DNA from: Oikopleura dioica
Taxonomy: Eukaryota; Animalia; Chordata
Direction: 5' to 3'
Assembly (NCBI GenBank): GCA_907165135.1
Contig: OU015566.1
Span: 7,750,001 to 7,814,000 of the forward strand
DNA length: 64,000 nucleotides
Below are positions 13,601 through 25,367 of this stretch, in pieces; position 1 is the stretch's first letter; each line of letters opens with the position of its first letter. The position numbers and the translations under genes were made by a program. Below the pieces are notes generated by a model that worked only from the letters and a program-made list of their open reading frames with translations, had not been told where the DNA came from and ran no database searches.

Positions 13601-16600
13601 GTTAGTTCATAGAGAAAAACACGCTTGAAAAATGGCCAGTTCTTTCCAAAAAAGACGTTTCTAATGGCCTTTTCTTGTTTTAAGGACAGTTCTCAAATGA
13701 ACTTATGTTCCTATTTATCTCTCCTTCCTCTTTTTAACGCACCCTCCATTTCATTCTACCGTTATTTTCTGCCGATTAGAACATCGGGCATATCGGACGC
13801 CGCAGCCTTAAGCTTCCACTAAGCCTCATGATTTTTGCAGCCTCTTCGTTTTATCGCCCTCGTCCGGTAATCTCACCGCGCATTTCCTGAATTCTCCCAA
13901 CGTGATTTTCCTCATCCTCAAAATTTTTGAACAAGAGAAGGAGCCAAACGGAATGATAGAGAGCTTCGTAACAATGTTCGATCTCGGGCCGCACCTGGAA
14001 GTTTATTATCTGGTACTCGTTCTTTTTACGCACTATCTTTTGCTCGTAAGAGTTAACGAAAGAAGTTATGTTTGTTAAAAAACGTGATGTAGAATTTAAC
14101 GAAACGTTCTCGTAAGCAGATGCAAGATGATACAGATAGCCGCAGCGGCAATTAGATAACGAGGAGGCTAAACGAAAAGCCACGGGTCAATAGACTATTG
14201 ACAATAGTCTGTTGATTCAGTCCTTCTTATGGCTTTATTCATGTTTTTCATATCTTCCTTTGATTGGTAGCTTTTCAGTGATTGGGATATGCATTGTTTT
14301 TCATGAATTTGAAGCGTTTTCAAATATTTTATGCCACGTAACGCGACAAAAATGACCCGTCGACTTGAGAGTCTTTCTCGCGTCTGAGATATTTTGCCAG
14401 GGCTTGATTGTTTTCTCAGCCCACTAGACGAGCCTTCAAACCTGATCAAACAAATCATCCATTGCTGTCCTTATTAGTTATTACCGCATCTGCAATTTTC
14501 AATTGAGTCTGTCATATTATTACCGATTGGCCGCTCAACTAACCATCGAAATTATAGACTCAAACGCTTAGGGTATCTGTTTCTTGTTCAGCCGCATGAA
14601 AAAAAGTAGCGAAATCGTAACGGAAATTATTGACTTTTGAGCTTTTCCCGATTTTTGGTTCTATCTCTTTCAAATTTGACCTAATGACCCTTTGAAATTC
14701 TTAAATTGAAAATTGGCAATTTCATTGGCTCGTGGGAAAAAAAAAGACTTTTGATTGGCGGAAAATATTTAATAAAGCGATTATACCGGTATAAAGCACT
14801 ATTATACAGCCTAGAATTTTCAGTGTCATTATCGACTTTTTATCAGTTCATTAATTATAGTTTATGAAAGTAAGGCTTTGATAATTTACTGGAGCTCGGA
14901 CAGTATCTCGCCCCCGAAAGTCACAATTTCGATAACCACGGCATTGGACTCTAAATATAGTTTTGGGTTGATTGAGCGCGTTTACCGAAATAGCAATAGT
15001 TATGAGCAAATTAGAATCTATCGACTTCCGCGGTGAATAGACCGCGAATGGACCGGTCGGTACTCTTGCGCACCGCAAATCCTCTCAGACTGAAGGACAA
15101 ACGTGCCGCACAATTTCACTCTCTCGAGACCACGCTTGTTAGCGCAAACATTTATATATACAGCAAAAACGCTAAATAACCATTTTTCAGGAATTCTCCG
15201 AACCAGTCTACCCAAGCATCAACGAAGTCCTCCGACTAGGAGGCCCGTACCCACAGACGATCAGATCAAGCTTCAACGACTTCTGGTTTCGCGGATTTCA
15301 TGATCAAAGCCCCTTCTCTTGGGTTGGAGATAAACTCCTAGAAGCTGTTTCGAACCAAGAACCGCCAAAATTGGATGAAGAATGTGAAGAAATTACTTAC
15401 AGAAAACACTTTATTGGAAAGGTAAAAAGACTTTTTCTTTTCTTTTTTTTTCAATTTTAAGTTTCGCGCCAAATTTAATTTTTTGAAAATTGTGCGTAAA
15501 TTTGATTGGATACCACCTCCATTATAGGCTTTAATTTATAGCCTATCATAGGTTAATTCAATCTCAATTTTCGATAAGAAAATGGAGTTTGGAAGTCCCA
15601 CATTCTGTTTTTCCTATCACAAGAGCTTCCCCTCTACTCGGAAAAGTGGCACAAGTTCCAGCAAGCCTTATCCACATTCTGACAGGCTATTAACTTCCTC
15701 TTTCACAGATTTTGGGCCTCTCTTACTGCTTGTCAAAGAGTCGAGTGCATTTTTTAGGTTCTAAATCACACGACTCTAAACTGCCTTAAAAATGTAGTTA
15801 ACTAGGCAAAAACATCTCTACGCGTTATTTTCGGCTGCGTTCACGTTATCGCTTGGCCGATTTTTAAATATTGCCCGGGTGTCTCTTATCGGAGCGAGTT
15901 GCTTTTCGTGACATTCCAGCTAAAATGTTCCATTCCATCGTTTACGCAAGCTAAGTAGACACTTAATTCTAGCTGCTCATTTTATCGGTAGTTTAGAACT
16001 ATTTTACATTTCGCAAGAGTCAAGAATTATTTCAAGAAAAATAATTTTTTCCGATTTCGTGCAAAAATATAATTTTTAAAATTTGCGCCTAGCCTTTCCT
16101 AACTCATTGTTTAATCGAAAATGTTTATATGAGAAGGTTTTTTGTGAAGAAAATTTGAAATTTTTATGGATATTTATTTGAATTTTGAATTCCGCGCCAT
16201 ATCGGCCTATTCAAATAGCGCGCCTTCATTTGATTGGATTTTATCGCTAATATCCTCGCCATGATTCCATGGCAAGATGGCCGAGTGGTCTAAGGCGCTG
16301 CGTTCAGGTCGCAGTCCTCTTTGAGGGCGTGGGTTCGAATCCCACTCTTGTCATACTTTTTTCATTTTACTGTCAGATCTTACTGTAAAAACGATATGTT
16401 TGGCCTCTTTTAGAGAGCTCATCCCTCCTCTCAACTTTTCCTTTAGGAGCATTTGAACTTCTACGGCCGCGACGAAGAATACGGCCCCATCATCCTTTCC
16501 GTAAAAGTCGAAGAAGAAGAGTACCGAGTTATCATCAGATGCCGAGATGGAAACTTTGAACGAAAATTCAAGCTGCAAAACGATGCAAGTGGACCGCTAG

Positions 16601-19600
16601 AATGGGCAAAGAGTGTAGTTCCTCAATTGACTGCGAAAGGATGCAGATTCAATCCTGTTCTATGCATTAACGCCTGGCAACGAATCGGTAAGATTTCATT
16701 TATTGAAGAAGAAGTCAAAATGTCTACTAATAGTTTTGGTGCATTTCATAATTTATCGTCAATTATATAATTCAATGAATAATTCTACAATGAGGATCTT
16801 CTTTTCATAAATCATTTTATTTTGATCCTGAGTCAGGATTCGTGATTGATTTAACACAGTTATTTTATGCCCAGGAACAGCTGTTTCCAATTCTTATCAG
16901 ATCTGGAACATGCCAAGTCCTTGCCAGATTAATAGTTCGATTTTCATGGTGTTGATTTTTACTAACTAATTGATAGTTATTAACTTGATTTTTAAATATT
17001 TTCTTGAGCTTATTAAAACATTTACTTTTAGTGACTTTCGACGAGCACGCGAACACGAAGAAAAATCACAAATTCGCGGTCTTCCTTCAGAAGTTTGGGC
17101 AAACAACTGAAGATGAGCTGCTCTCCAACTCTTCCGGAAACGCGTCGTTCCAAGAGTTCCTCTCTTTCCTTGGCGAGGAGACTTCGCTCAAAGATCATTC
17201 TGGGTAAGAAAAAAGCGTGACCCGAATTTGCCATCTTCTAAACCGGAAATATGCTTTCATAAGAGTTCAAAACGAAGAAACAGTGTATTCTAAATTAGGC
17301 TTTCAATTTCACGCTGACCTTAGGAGCTTCGTTTAACGGTTAAGGGACGCCCGAGCAGACTTATTCTCGCCGCAAAGATCAGACCAAAGACTAGAAATTA
17401 CAGTGCGTGGAAAATTGCCGCCCTAGTTGGTGCATGCGCTTCCCAAGCTATTGATCCAACAATTGAACTAGGCAGGCTCTTCCCACGTGGCGTAATAAGG
17501 ATATCGTTATCCAGTTCGGAAAGTGGTCGTTTTCGAGTGAATTTTATTTTTTATGAATAACAAGAAGAAATCCTTAGATATTCCGGTAACCACCAAAAAA
17601 CGCTAGATGTGGCACCGGCAAAATACCTCGCGTATTTAATGATTAATTTTATCAGAAGATTTCGTTTTGACGAAAATCAGTTCTCTCTTTCTTAGAAAAC
17701 TTTTATGGTCTTTGTGAATAGTTAGTTACTCACAGCAGAATCTGATTAATGGTGGCAAGATACTTCATAAGCTTGACTTAGGATATCATTCTTATACAAG
17801 TAATTGATTTATTAAAGATTTTAGATGCTAAAAATGAATTAAACTGCGTTGTTAGCAAATTTCTATCGAAAGATTAAAATTATACACTTCCGATTCTAGC
17901 CACGATCCTATTTCTTGGTTTCACCAAGCCATAATCTTTATCAGATCGACTAGTTATTCACGAAAAACATCTTTGTTGAACCTTTATTTTTGCCAACTCA
18001 GAAAAGCATTTCGAGAAAGCAATCTGGATTTCTTTTCATAAGTCTTAACCCGTTGAGAACATAAGTCTGGCTTCGGCTTAAAAATTTAACATGTGTCGTA
18101 ATATTCGCGTGATTGTGTACGAGTACTCGTATTTTTCCTCCTTGCGTGTCCCAGCAGCCGGGTTAAACCCAGAATTAGCCCACTCAGAATGCTCTGAACC
18201 TTTCTAATGTTTAATTGCGGGGCCTTAACCCGTCCACGCAGCGGTGCCCCGCTAGAATTTCTTAACTCAGCTGTCGTTATTTTCGCTGAACTCGCTGCGC
18301 ACTGTAATTTTTCGCCCATTACTCCACGTCAGGAGTTAAAATTAGAAGATTTTCAAGCGATTCTTATGCAACTTTTGAACTTAAATCTTAACTTAACTTG
18401 TTATATTCAGATTCCGCGGCGGACTTACTCCAGTTACTGATGGCGACAAGACTGTATACACAAAGTTTGACAACAGGAAAAGGGTTGAAAAGACCATGAA
18501 AAAGATAACAATATCCATAGACTTTTTGACGCAAAATGAGTTTTCATGAAAAAATATATCGATGTTAAATAAATTTTAGGCAGAAAAAATTAATTTTAGA
18601 CAAATTTTACGATGAAAAAGAAATTTTTAGGTGATTAATGAAATCTTGATGTTTCCATAAAATATTTTTTCGTCGAATCAGCAAATATTAAATCAGAAAT
18701 ATTAATTTAACACCAATATATCATGTTCTGATTTCTAACTGATTTTTTGTTTTTGGACACGAGTTTTTACAGAAATTAAGCGTGGCAAGTTCTCACGCTT
18801 AGGGTCATTCGTAAAAATGTATCCATCGAAATTTATTTTTGGCACCCCTTAACGAAAAATTCTTGTAGTGCTAAGTGACCTAATCTGCCGACGCTAAGGG
18901 GTTAAACCTTTACTGACATTTTCAAAAATAGTCAACACGCCATTTGTCAGTAACAAATTTCGCGCGTCAAATTTTCTGTCTTCTTACAGTAGCTTACTCA
19001 AAGTTAGAAGGCTCAATTCAAGCGATTAAGCGCGCATCGGGGGATGTTTTTCAATTTTGAGATGATCCGTAGGTTTTAAATTTGTTAGTTTTTAAAGTGA
19101 GTTTTCGCAAGTTTGGAGTTTGTTTGGGTGCGACCTCCGCAAATAGACAAGTCCAAAAACGTGTTGAAATCGGATCAGCTAAATGAGTGTGGGATGACTA
19201 AGTTCGTGGGGACTAGGTTCGTGGGACTAGGTTCGTGGGTGGCTGGCTGGAAAACGTGGTTCGTGGGACTAGGTTCGTGAGTTTTTGATTTTATATGTAA
19301 ATTTTTATTTATAATAATTAAGTGTTATTTATATGTATATATTTATTCATATATATTTATATATATGTATTGTAATTATATGATCATATAATATAATATT
19401 GCTATCTAAATATAGGTTCGGGGTTTTTGATTGGTTAGAATTTTTATTCTATAAGGAAAAATATGTGCGACTAGGTTCGTGGGACTAGGTTCGTGGGTTT
19501 TTAATTGGTAATTATTTTTATTCTATAAGGAGAAATTATGTGCGACTAGGTTCGTGGGACTAGGTTCGTGGGTTTTGAAATTTTTCTTATAAGGAAAAAG

Positions 19601-22600
19601 AGGGTGCGACTAGGTTCGTGGGACTAGGTTCGTGAAGACTAGGTTCGTGAAGACAAGGTTCGTGAAGACTAGGTTCGTGAAGACAAGGTTCGTGGGACTA
19701 GGTTCGTGAAGATTAGGTTCGTGAAGACTAGGTTCGTGAGACTAGGTTCGTGAGACTAGGTTCGTGAGACTAGGTTCGTGGAATTTGGATTTTTATATGT
19801 ATTTTTTTATTTTTTTGTTTGTTATGGTTAGGTTTTAAATAATACAATGGGAGAGCTATACTCTCACCATTTTTTTAAGCATGAAGTAAGGCAACCATTG
19901 TTATTCAGCGCTAACATAGAAATTAAGTTAAAGAGCCTAGCGGCTTATTTGGGGGTGGGGGGTGGGAAAGTCATTTTTTACCATTCAACTTTACCCAATT
20001 TTAAAACTTACGAACCTTGTCCCACGAACCTAGTCGCACCCCATTTTCCCTATATAATAAAAATTTTAAAACCCACGAACCTAGTCCCACGAACCTAGTC
20101 GCACTTCATTGTTCCTTATAAAAAAAAATTTCAAAACCCACGAACCTAGTCCCACGAACCTAGTCGCACTTCATTGTTCCTTATAAAAAAATTTAAAAAC
20201 CCACGAACCTAGTCCCACGAACCTAGTCGCACTCAATTGTTCCCTATAAAAAATTTATAATTTTTATAATACTTATAGAAAAATCTCTAATTTCAAAACC
20301 CACGAACCTAGCACCCCTACGAACCTAGTCCCACGAACCTAGTCGCACCACATTGTTCCTTATAGAAAGGAAACCATACCCCATCTTGCATACTTTGGCA
20401 TAACCACCTACGAACCTAGTCCCACGAACCTAGTCCTTACGAACTTAGTCATCAATCCCCTAAATGAAGTGGCGAGCTTCTACCTGGTACCTACTCCTAC
20501 CAACTCGAGTCTTTGTTTTTGCATAATGCAGAAAGCAGGAATTCTTTTGGGCGTTCCCAGTTTTTATTCCAATCTTTTTGCGTCCGTTTTTTTATTTTTT
20601 CATTTTTCCTTTCTTTTGGCTCTTAGATGTTTTTGTTGTAATGAGATTTGAAGCAAAGCAATTTGAAAATGAATGAATTGAATTTCAACCCTTTTGAAAG
20701 GGAAATTATGTTCCACGTCTCAACTCTTCTCCCTACTGATCCTGACGATAAGCAACAGGTATGATATACAGCAATTTACATAGACAGGCATTACGGGTTA
20801 ATTTTCAAGCCCTAACCCTAACCCCGGAGGTGATCGTAAAATTGGCATAGAAACTAGAATTTCTGGTTGTTGACTCAGAGTCACATTAGTGCACTCAAGA
20901 ATGGACGGTAAAATGGGCTCAGAGTGAGCTGTCCCAGGGTTTTCGTTTCATCCCTTTTCTAATCCGCACATGTTCCGATTGCACAACACGCTCTTCTTGG
21001 AAACTCCCCATTTTACCCTTTCTGAGTTTTTCGATTTATCGAGCAACGGTCAAAAGACAGCCAGTTTTTTATCTTCTAAACTCGCCATTTGGGCCTTAAT
21101 TTCTTAATTGCCAAATGGAGAATTTTCTATTTTAGATCAGATGTTGAATATCTGGACGATGCGTGGCAAAATTCAAAAACTAACCATCGATTATTTCATT
21201 TAACATATTTCCGCGCATCTCTCCCGCCAAATTGATCATAACTCTTCTTTTCCGTACTTTCATGAGAAACAACATTCATGCTTTAGGTGGCCAAAAAGCG
21301 GCATTTGGGAAATGATGTCGTCGCCGTGGTTTTCCAGGAGCGTAATACACCCTTCTGCCCAAGTTTGATGCAGACCAAGGTCACCCACTGCTATGTTGTC
21401 GTTCAGCCCATGGATGTGGATGGACCTACTCAGTACAAGGTAAAAATGAAAACCGTAATCTAATGAAAAGCAATTTGAGACTTGATTTTTTTTCAATTTT
21501 ATGAATTGAAGATAAAATAAAATTTTTCAAAAAAGACCAATTTTCATTAAAAAAACCACATTTGGTTCTGAAATTTGCCCATTCTTGCATTGATAAATTC
21601 TGCGCGCTTAGAGTTTCAGCATTGATCCTCTATTAGGGCTGCTTAATCCGGCTCATCTGCTCTTTTCCGATAACTAGCTAGCCACATTAGACCCCAATCA
21701 CGTTTTCATATTTGCTTTTTTTCTCGCAATCAAGCACTTCTTAAAAAAAAAAACTCCAAAAGTCAAATTCTTTAACGACCTTAAAATTACAAGGTCATTT
21801 TTTATCTTTCTTTTTGGGCCTCAATTTGTCAAGCAGACAGTCCAGTATATGTAATTTCTAATTTGCAATTTCGGTTAGTACAGTTACACAATCTCTTCCT
21901 CCCCTAGAAGCCAAATCACGTGCGGTTAGACGGACGTGTGAACTTCTATTTACAAAGGTGTGTCCATTCTTATCTGCTAGCATTACAGGAGGGAAGCACT
22001 TGCGCCTCCCCACCAACTCTTTAGTTACATAATCAACTCGATCCCAACACCTGCCCAAGAGAGAAGATGATACTGTCGTTTAGTCAACGTTCTATTATTA
22101 AGGACCTTCCTCTCGATATCTTTTAGGCAGTCTTTCAACCCTTCTCTTGGCGTGTGACCGCTTCTTTTCGACCCCTTTTTTGACTCGAAAGCTGGACTTC
22201 AGTTTTGGGAAAATCCTCTTATTAAATTTCTTCCCATAGTCGATAGTATTATTCATTTTTCCGAAAAAATTCAAATCGTAAGAAAATCGTGACTCCTTCT
22301 TTTTCTCATCCCCTCTGAAGAATTCTGTAAATCCATTTTTTCAATGGGAAAAGTTAGGTCTTTGGCGATGAAATAATGGCCGTGTTCTGAAGTGGAAAGT
22401 AACCACGTGCGGACATTCCGACTTCTAATTTCGATTAAATATCGGTCCAAGCAAAGTCGGCAAAAAATGTGTTCAACACGCCGCTAAGATTTTTCGACCT
22501 GATAATCTCATTCGCAGATTAACTTAATTCCAACACATAATCTTAATTTTAAAAAGTCATTTCAGCAAATTTCATTTTTTTTTTCTTCTATTGTAAGCGT

Positions 22601-25367
22601 AACAGTTACAGTAACAGTTGAAAATAAAGGAAGGAAGGGAGTTTTGTAAGATCAAATCAAAAAACTAGAGCAACAAATCGAAACACGTCTTCAGGAAATT
22701 TTTGAACAAGGATGGGCTATTTCCGAAGGTGGAGATTTATTTCCGACCCTTTTTCTGGGTTTCCGATCGTTCACTTCAGCACGCACTTAGTAATTTGACG
22801 AGCGCCAAAATTGACGAAAGTGGCTACGTTGACTTTTTCAGAATTACTCGAAAAAAAAATGAATTTATATTTTCCGGAACGAGTACTCTCTAAGCATCGA
22901 TTGATTTTGCTCTATCTTGACAATGCCATAATAGAATTATTAAGATTTCCGTTTGCTGCCGAAAAGATGTTCCCGATTTTGGCCCGAAGCTGCCCGAGCC
23001 GCCCGTGTTCAAATCCGGCGCTTGCTTCAGAAAATATCTCTTGTGCAAGTTGATCAACGCGGAGAACGCGTGCTACTCAAGCTGCGAGTTTAACATGCTC
23101 AGGCGTAGAAACAGGTTTGTTCACATTTTCGACAAATTTACATTTCAAGCACTCTTCTTTTGTGGTTCTAATTTATTAGAATAGAATGACCAAAGGTTGC
23201 CAAAAGAGGTGATAACTTTTTATTCAAAAATTTTTTCTTCTTCATTTGAGAGTCATTTTCTCCCAAATATTTGATTGGGGCTCAATCAATTATCAAAGAA
23301 TATTTTGCCCCTCAATTTAGCTCAATCGTCATCTTTAGATCTGATCTAATCGAGACTCTTTACAACGAGCTTTCTGCTGCCTCCGATGGTATGTCGACGA
23401 AACGCTCTCATATCCAACGACCACTCCATACCAACAAGTCATTCTTTGATGCGATTCAACAGAACAACAAGGTAATTACAAAATAATTGGCTCTGTAATG
23501 GAATAGGAGCAGTTGGAGGGACAAGCTTCCACTCACACTTGAGAAGAACGGGTACTTTAGATGGAGCGATCTATTTTCCAAGTGTGATGGACACGTCTAA
23601 TCCTAAATCAGATGATTAATGATCGCCCCATCGCTCTAGAATTTCATCAATCAGGGTTGCTCCCATACAAATCATCTGATTGAGCCTTGTTTACAATGAC
23701 AGGGATACCCTTAACAGAAAAGATCTAAAGATATTATTTTTAAGATGCGCCGATTGTCCTCCCATTCGTCTGAGAATTCCTCAGAATCGACGCTCGTTCG
23801 GGAACAAAACAGAAAAATAATCCGGCGCTCGGGCATTCGCCGAGAACTCGTGCAGAAATATAACTTGCAGAAGATGCAAAACGACTCAGGAATTTCATCG
23901 AAGGATTCGAGCTCAGAAAACGAGTCGCCAGCTGAGGAGATTTCCGATGCTATTACTGACAGGTACAATGAGATATTTTTATGAAAAACCATAATTATAG
24001 AAAAATAAATTTAAATTTATATCTTTTATTCTAAGACGGTTTCGGCAAATATAAAAAAGCATGTGTTCTAAGTAGGAATGACTCGAATTTCGAACCGAAA
24101 TTCAAAGGGATAAAAAACTTAATTTTAAGGGACATGGACAGCATCAAATCAGAAATCCTGTCTTTTGATTTCAACCACGAAAAAACCAGCCTCAAGAGCT
24201 TCTCCCCCTCTTTGGGCACCTTGTCGATGCAAATCAACAGCATCAAGATCGGCGGATCCAGGAAAGAGTTCGAAACAAAACGGTTCAATTCACAATTGCC
24301 CACTTTTGACGAGGTTTCCTTAGACGTTCCAGGGACGACCACAAGGGATTATCGTTTTGCATAAATTAAAACAAGGCTGATTCAGTGGCCTTTTCTTCGC
24401 GGCTTATTTTCGGGAAGGAATTATCAACGGCCTTCATAAGTAATCATCTTCATTAGCGATCCTCGATTTCCCTAAATCCAAAAATCTCAAACTTTTGAAA
24501 AGTGACAGCTTGGGCGAAGAAATTTTCATCGATGACCTGGTGACCTCTGTAACGAATGCGACGACTTTAACTACTTTCTCTTCCGCAGATTTGAAGCCAA
24601 ATCGCGCCCCATTACCACTTCCAAAATCAGAGTCATCTGCTTTAACTACAGTTTCATCAGTAACGCCTGTATCTTTCCCATCTGTTCCGAAAACGCTCGC
24701 GCCTCTTAAAACTACAGCTACAGCTACAGTCGCAACTGTGCCAACCAGCTCCGCTAAACCGCAAATTTCAACCACCGCTTCCGCAAGTATAAAAAGCACA
24801 ACAGGTCAAGTACAAACAGCATCAACAACTGTCAAGCCCGCACCAATCACGCAGTCCTCCAAATCGCCCTCCACAGTCACTGTCATCCCGAAAAAGGAGC
24901 AAATTACAGAAGCATCGATGAAAGAAATCAAAACAACAACAAGCACACCCGGTAAGTTATTTCTTTTTTTCAAGCCGCAAAAAACTGTTCGTTTTTAAAT
25001 TTCAACCTTTTTTCCGTGTTGTTATTTTCTAGCAAGGTGCATGAAGTTCTATTTAGTAAACTACGATTATGGGTATGAACCGAGTTACTACTACGAAAAT
25101 GAAGTGAGTGTCGTCTCAGAAGTATCGTCTGTTGCATCTCTGCCAGCACAAACAAGGTAAATATTTTTCAATATAAAAACCATAAAAAGCTTTTCCGAAA
25201 ATTCTTTATGAAATTTTTTAAGTCTCGATAGTTGACTAAGCGTGTAAACTTTTGGCTTACATGTGGCCGCTACTAGGGCTTAATAATTCGTGATTATTAA
25301 TTACCAAATCTATTTCAGAAAACTTCCACCAGGAGCAGTGCCAATGCCACACATGCAGGCGTGGTAA
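10693..25367 (+). CDS. RAP1GAP: Rap1 GTPase-activating protein, multi-exon (5' end may lie further upstream)
   Basis: Exons 10693-10750, 11207-11311, 15191-15421 (YPSINEVLRLGGPYP..YRKHFIGK), 16447-16687, 17032-17203 (VTFDEH..QKFGQTTEDEL), 18411-18476 (FRGGL), 20701-20758 (EIMFHVSTLLP), 21287-21439 (KRHLGNDVVAVVFQ, catalytic Asn present), 22945-23114 (KLINAENACY), 23339-23471, 23745-23962, ~24073-24364 (in-frame stop), then probably 24457-24951, 25033-25156, 25319-25367. Splice phases are consistent through the core; the link to the 3' exons is less certain. Confidence 0.92.
11499..12157. mobile_element. Non-autonomous TTAA-target DNA transposon (Kolobok-like MITE) in a Rap1GAP intron
   Basis: TTAA at 11495-11498 and 12158-12161; TIR GGGGGAGGTCGACGAGAA vs TTCTCGACGACCTCCCCC (17/18); AT-rich non-coding interior; purine-initial TIR with TTAA TSD is typical of Kolobok. 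Confidence 0.75.
12400..12750 (-). pseudogene. Possible degenerate GIY-YIG endonuclease fragment (Penelope-like retroelement relic)
   Basis: Minus-strand translation KCSQIPTSRVECTCYVSNTS..FQARISSHRR loosely resembles the Penelope GIY-YIG motif (VY.IPC.C...Y(I/V)G.T...L..RI.EH); frameshifted and with stops. Confidence 0.3.
16271..16353 (+). tRNA. trnL-CAG: tRNA-Leu (anticodon CAG), intronic in Rap1GAP
   Basis: GGCAAGATGGCCGAGTGGTCTAAGGCGCTGCGTTCAGGTCGCAG..GGTTCGAATCCCACTCTTGTCA: acceptor stem GGCAAGA/TCTTGTC, A box, anticodon loop TTCAGGT, long variable arm, B box GGTTCGAATCC. Confidence 0.97.
16357..16362 (+). terminator. RNA polymerase III terminator (T6) of tRNA-Leu
   Basis: Run of six T 3 nt downstream of the tRNA 3' end. 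Confidence 0.75.
18875..18905 (-). mobile_element. piggyBac-like terminus (CGACGCTAAGGGG + TTAA), inverted counterpart of 4518-4544
   Basis: 13-bp exact reverse complement of 4522-4534 plus TTAA. Confidence 0.45.
19193..20453. mobile_element. Foldback-like element with TIR arms made of tandem ~14-bp repeats (GACTAGGTTCGTGG / CCACGAACCTAGTC)
   Basis: ~50-bp terminal inverted repeats (GATGACTAAGTTCGTGGGGACTAGG... / ...CCTAGTCCTTACGAACTTAGTCATC); many copies of the unit on + in 19195-19780 and of its reverse complement in 20010-20450; AT-rich spacers. Confidence 0.85.

Larger units (their letters stand above)
18477..20700 (+). other. Non-canonical GA-AG intron of Rap1GAP with perfect terminal inverted repeats
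   Basis: The join AAC AG|G GAA ATT ATG restores the conserved (F)DNREIMFH; intron starts GAAAAGGGTTGAAA and ends TTTCAACCCTTTTGAAAG. Confidence 0.85.

Noticed and set aside
13625-14458. Antisense ORFs in the Rap1GAP intron (possible transposase remnant)
   Set aside because: No DDE, RT or recombinase motif recognised in any frame.
19195-20450. Repeat-spacer appearance suggestive of a CRISPR array
   Set aside because: Eukaryotic intron; the units are mostly adjacent, spacers are irregular and mutually similar, the arms are inverted, and there are no cas genes.
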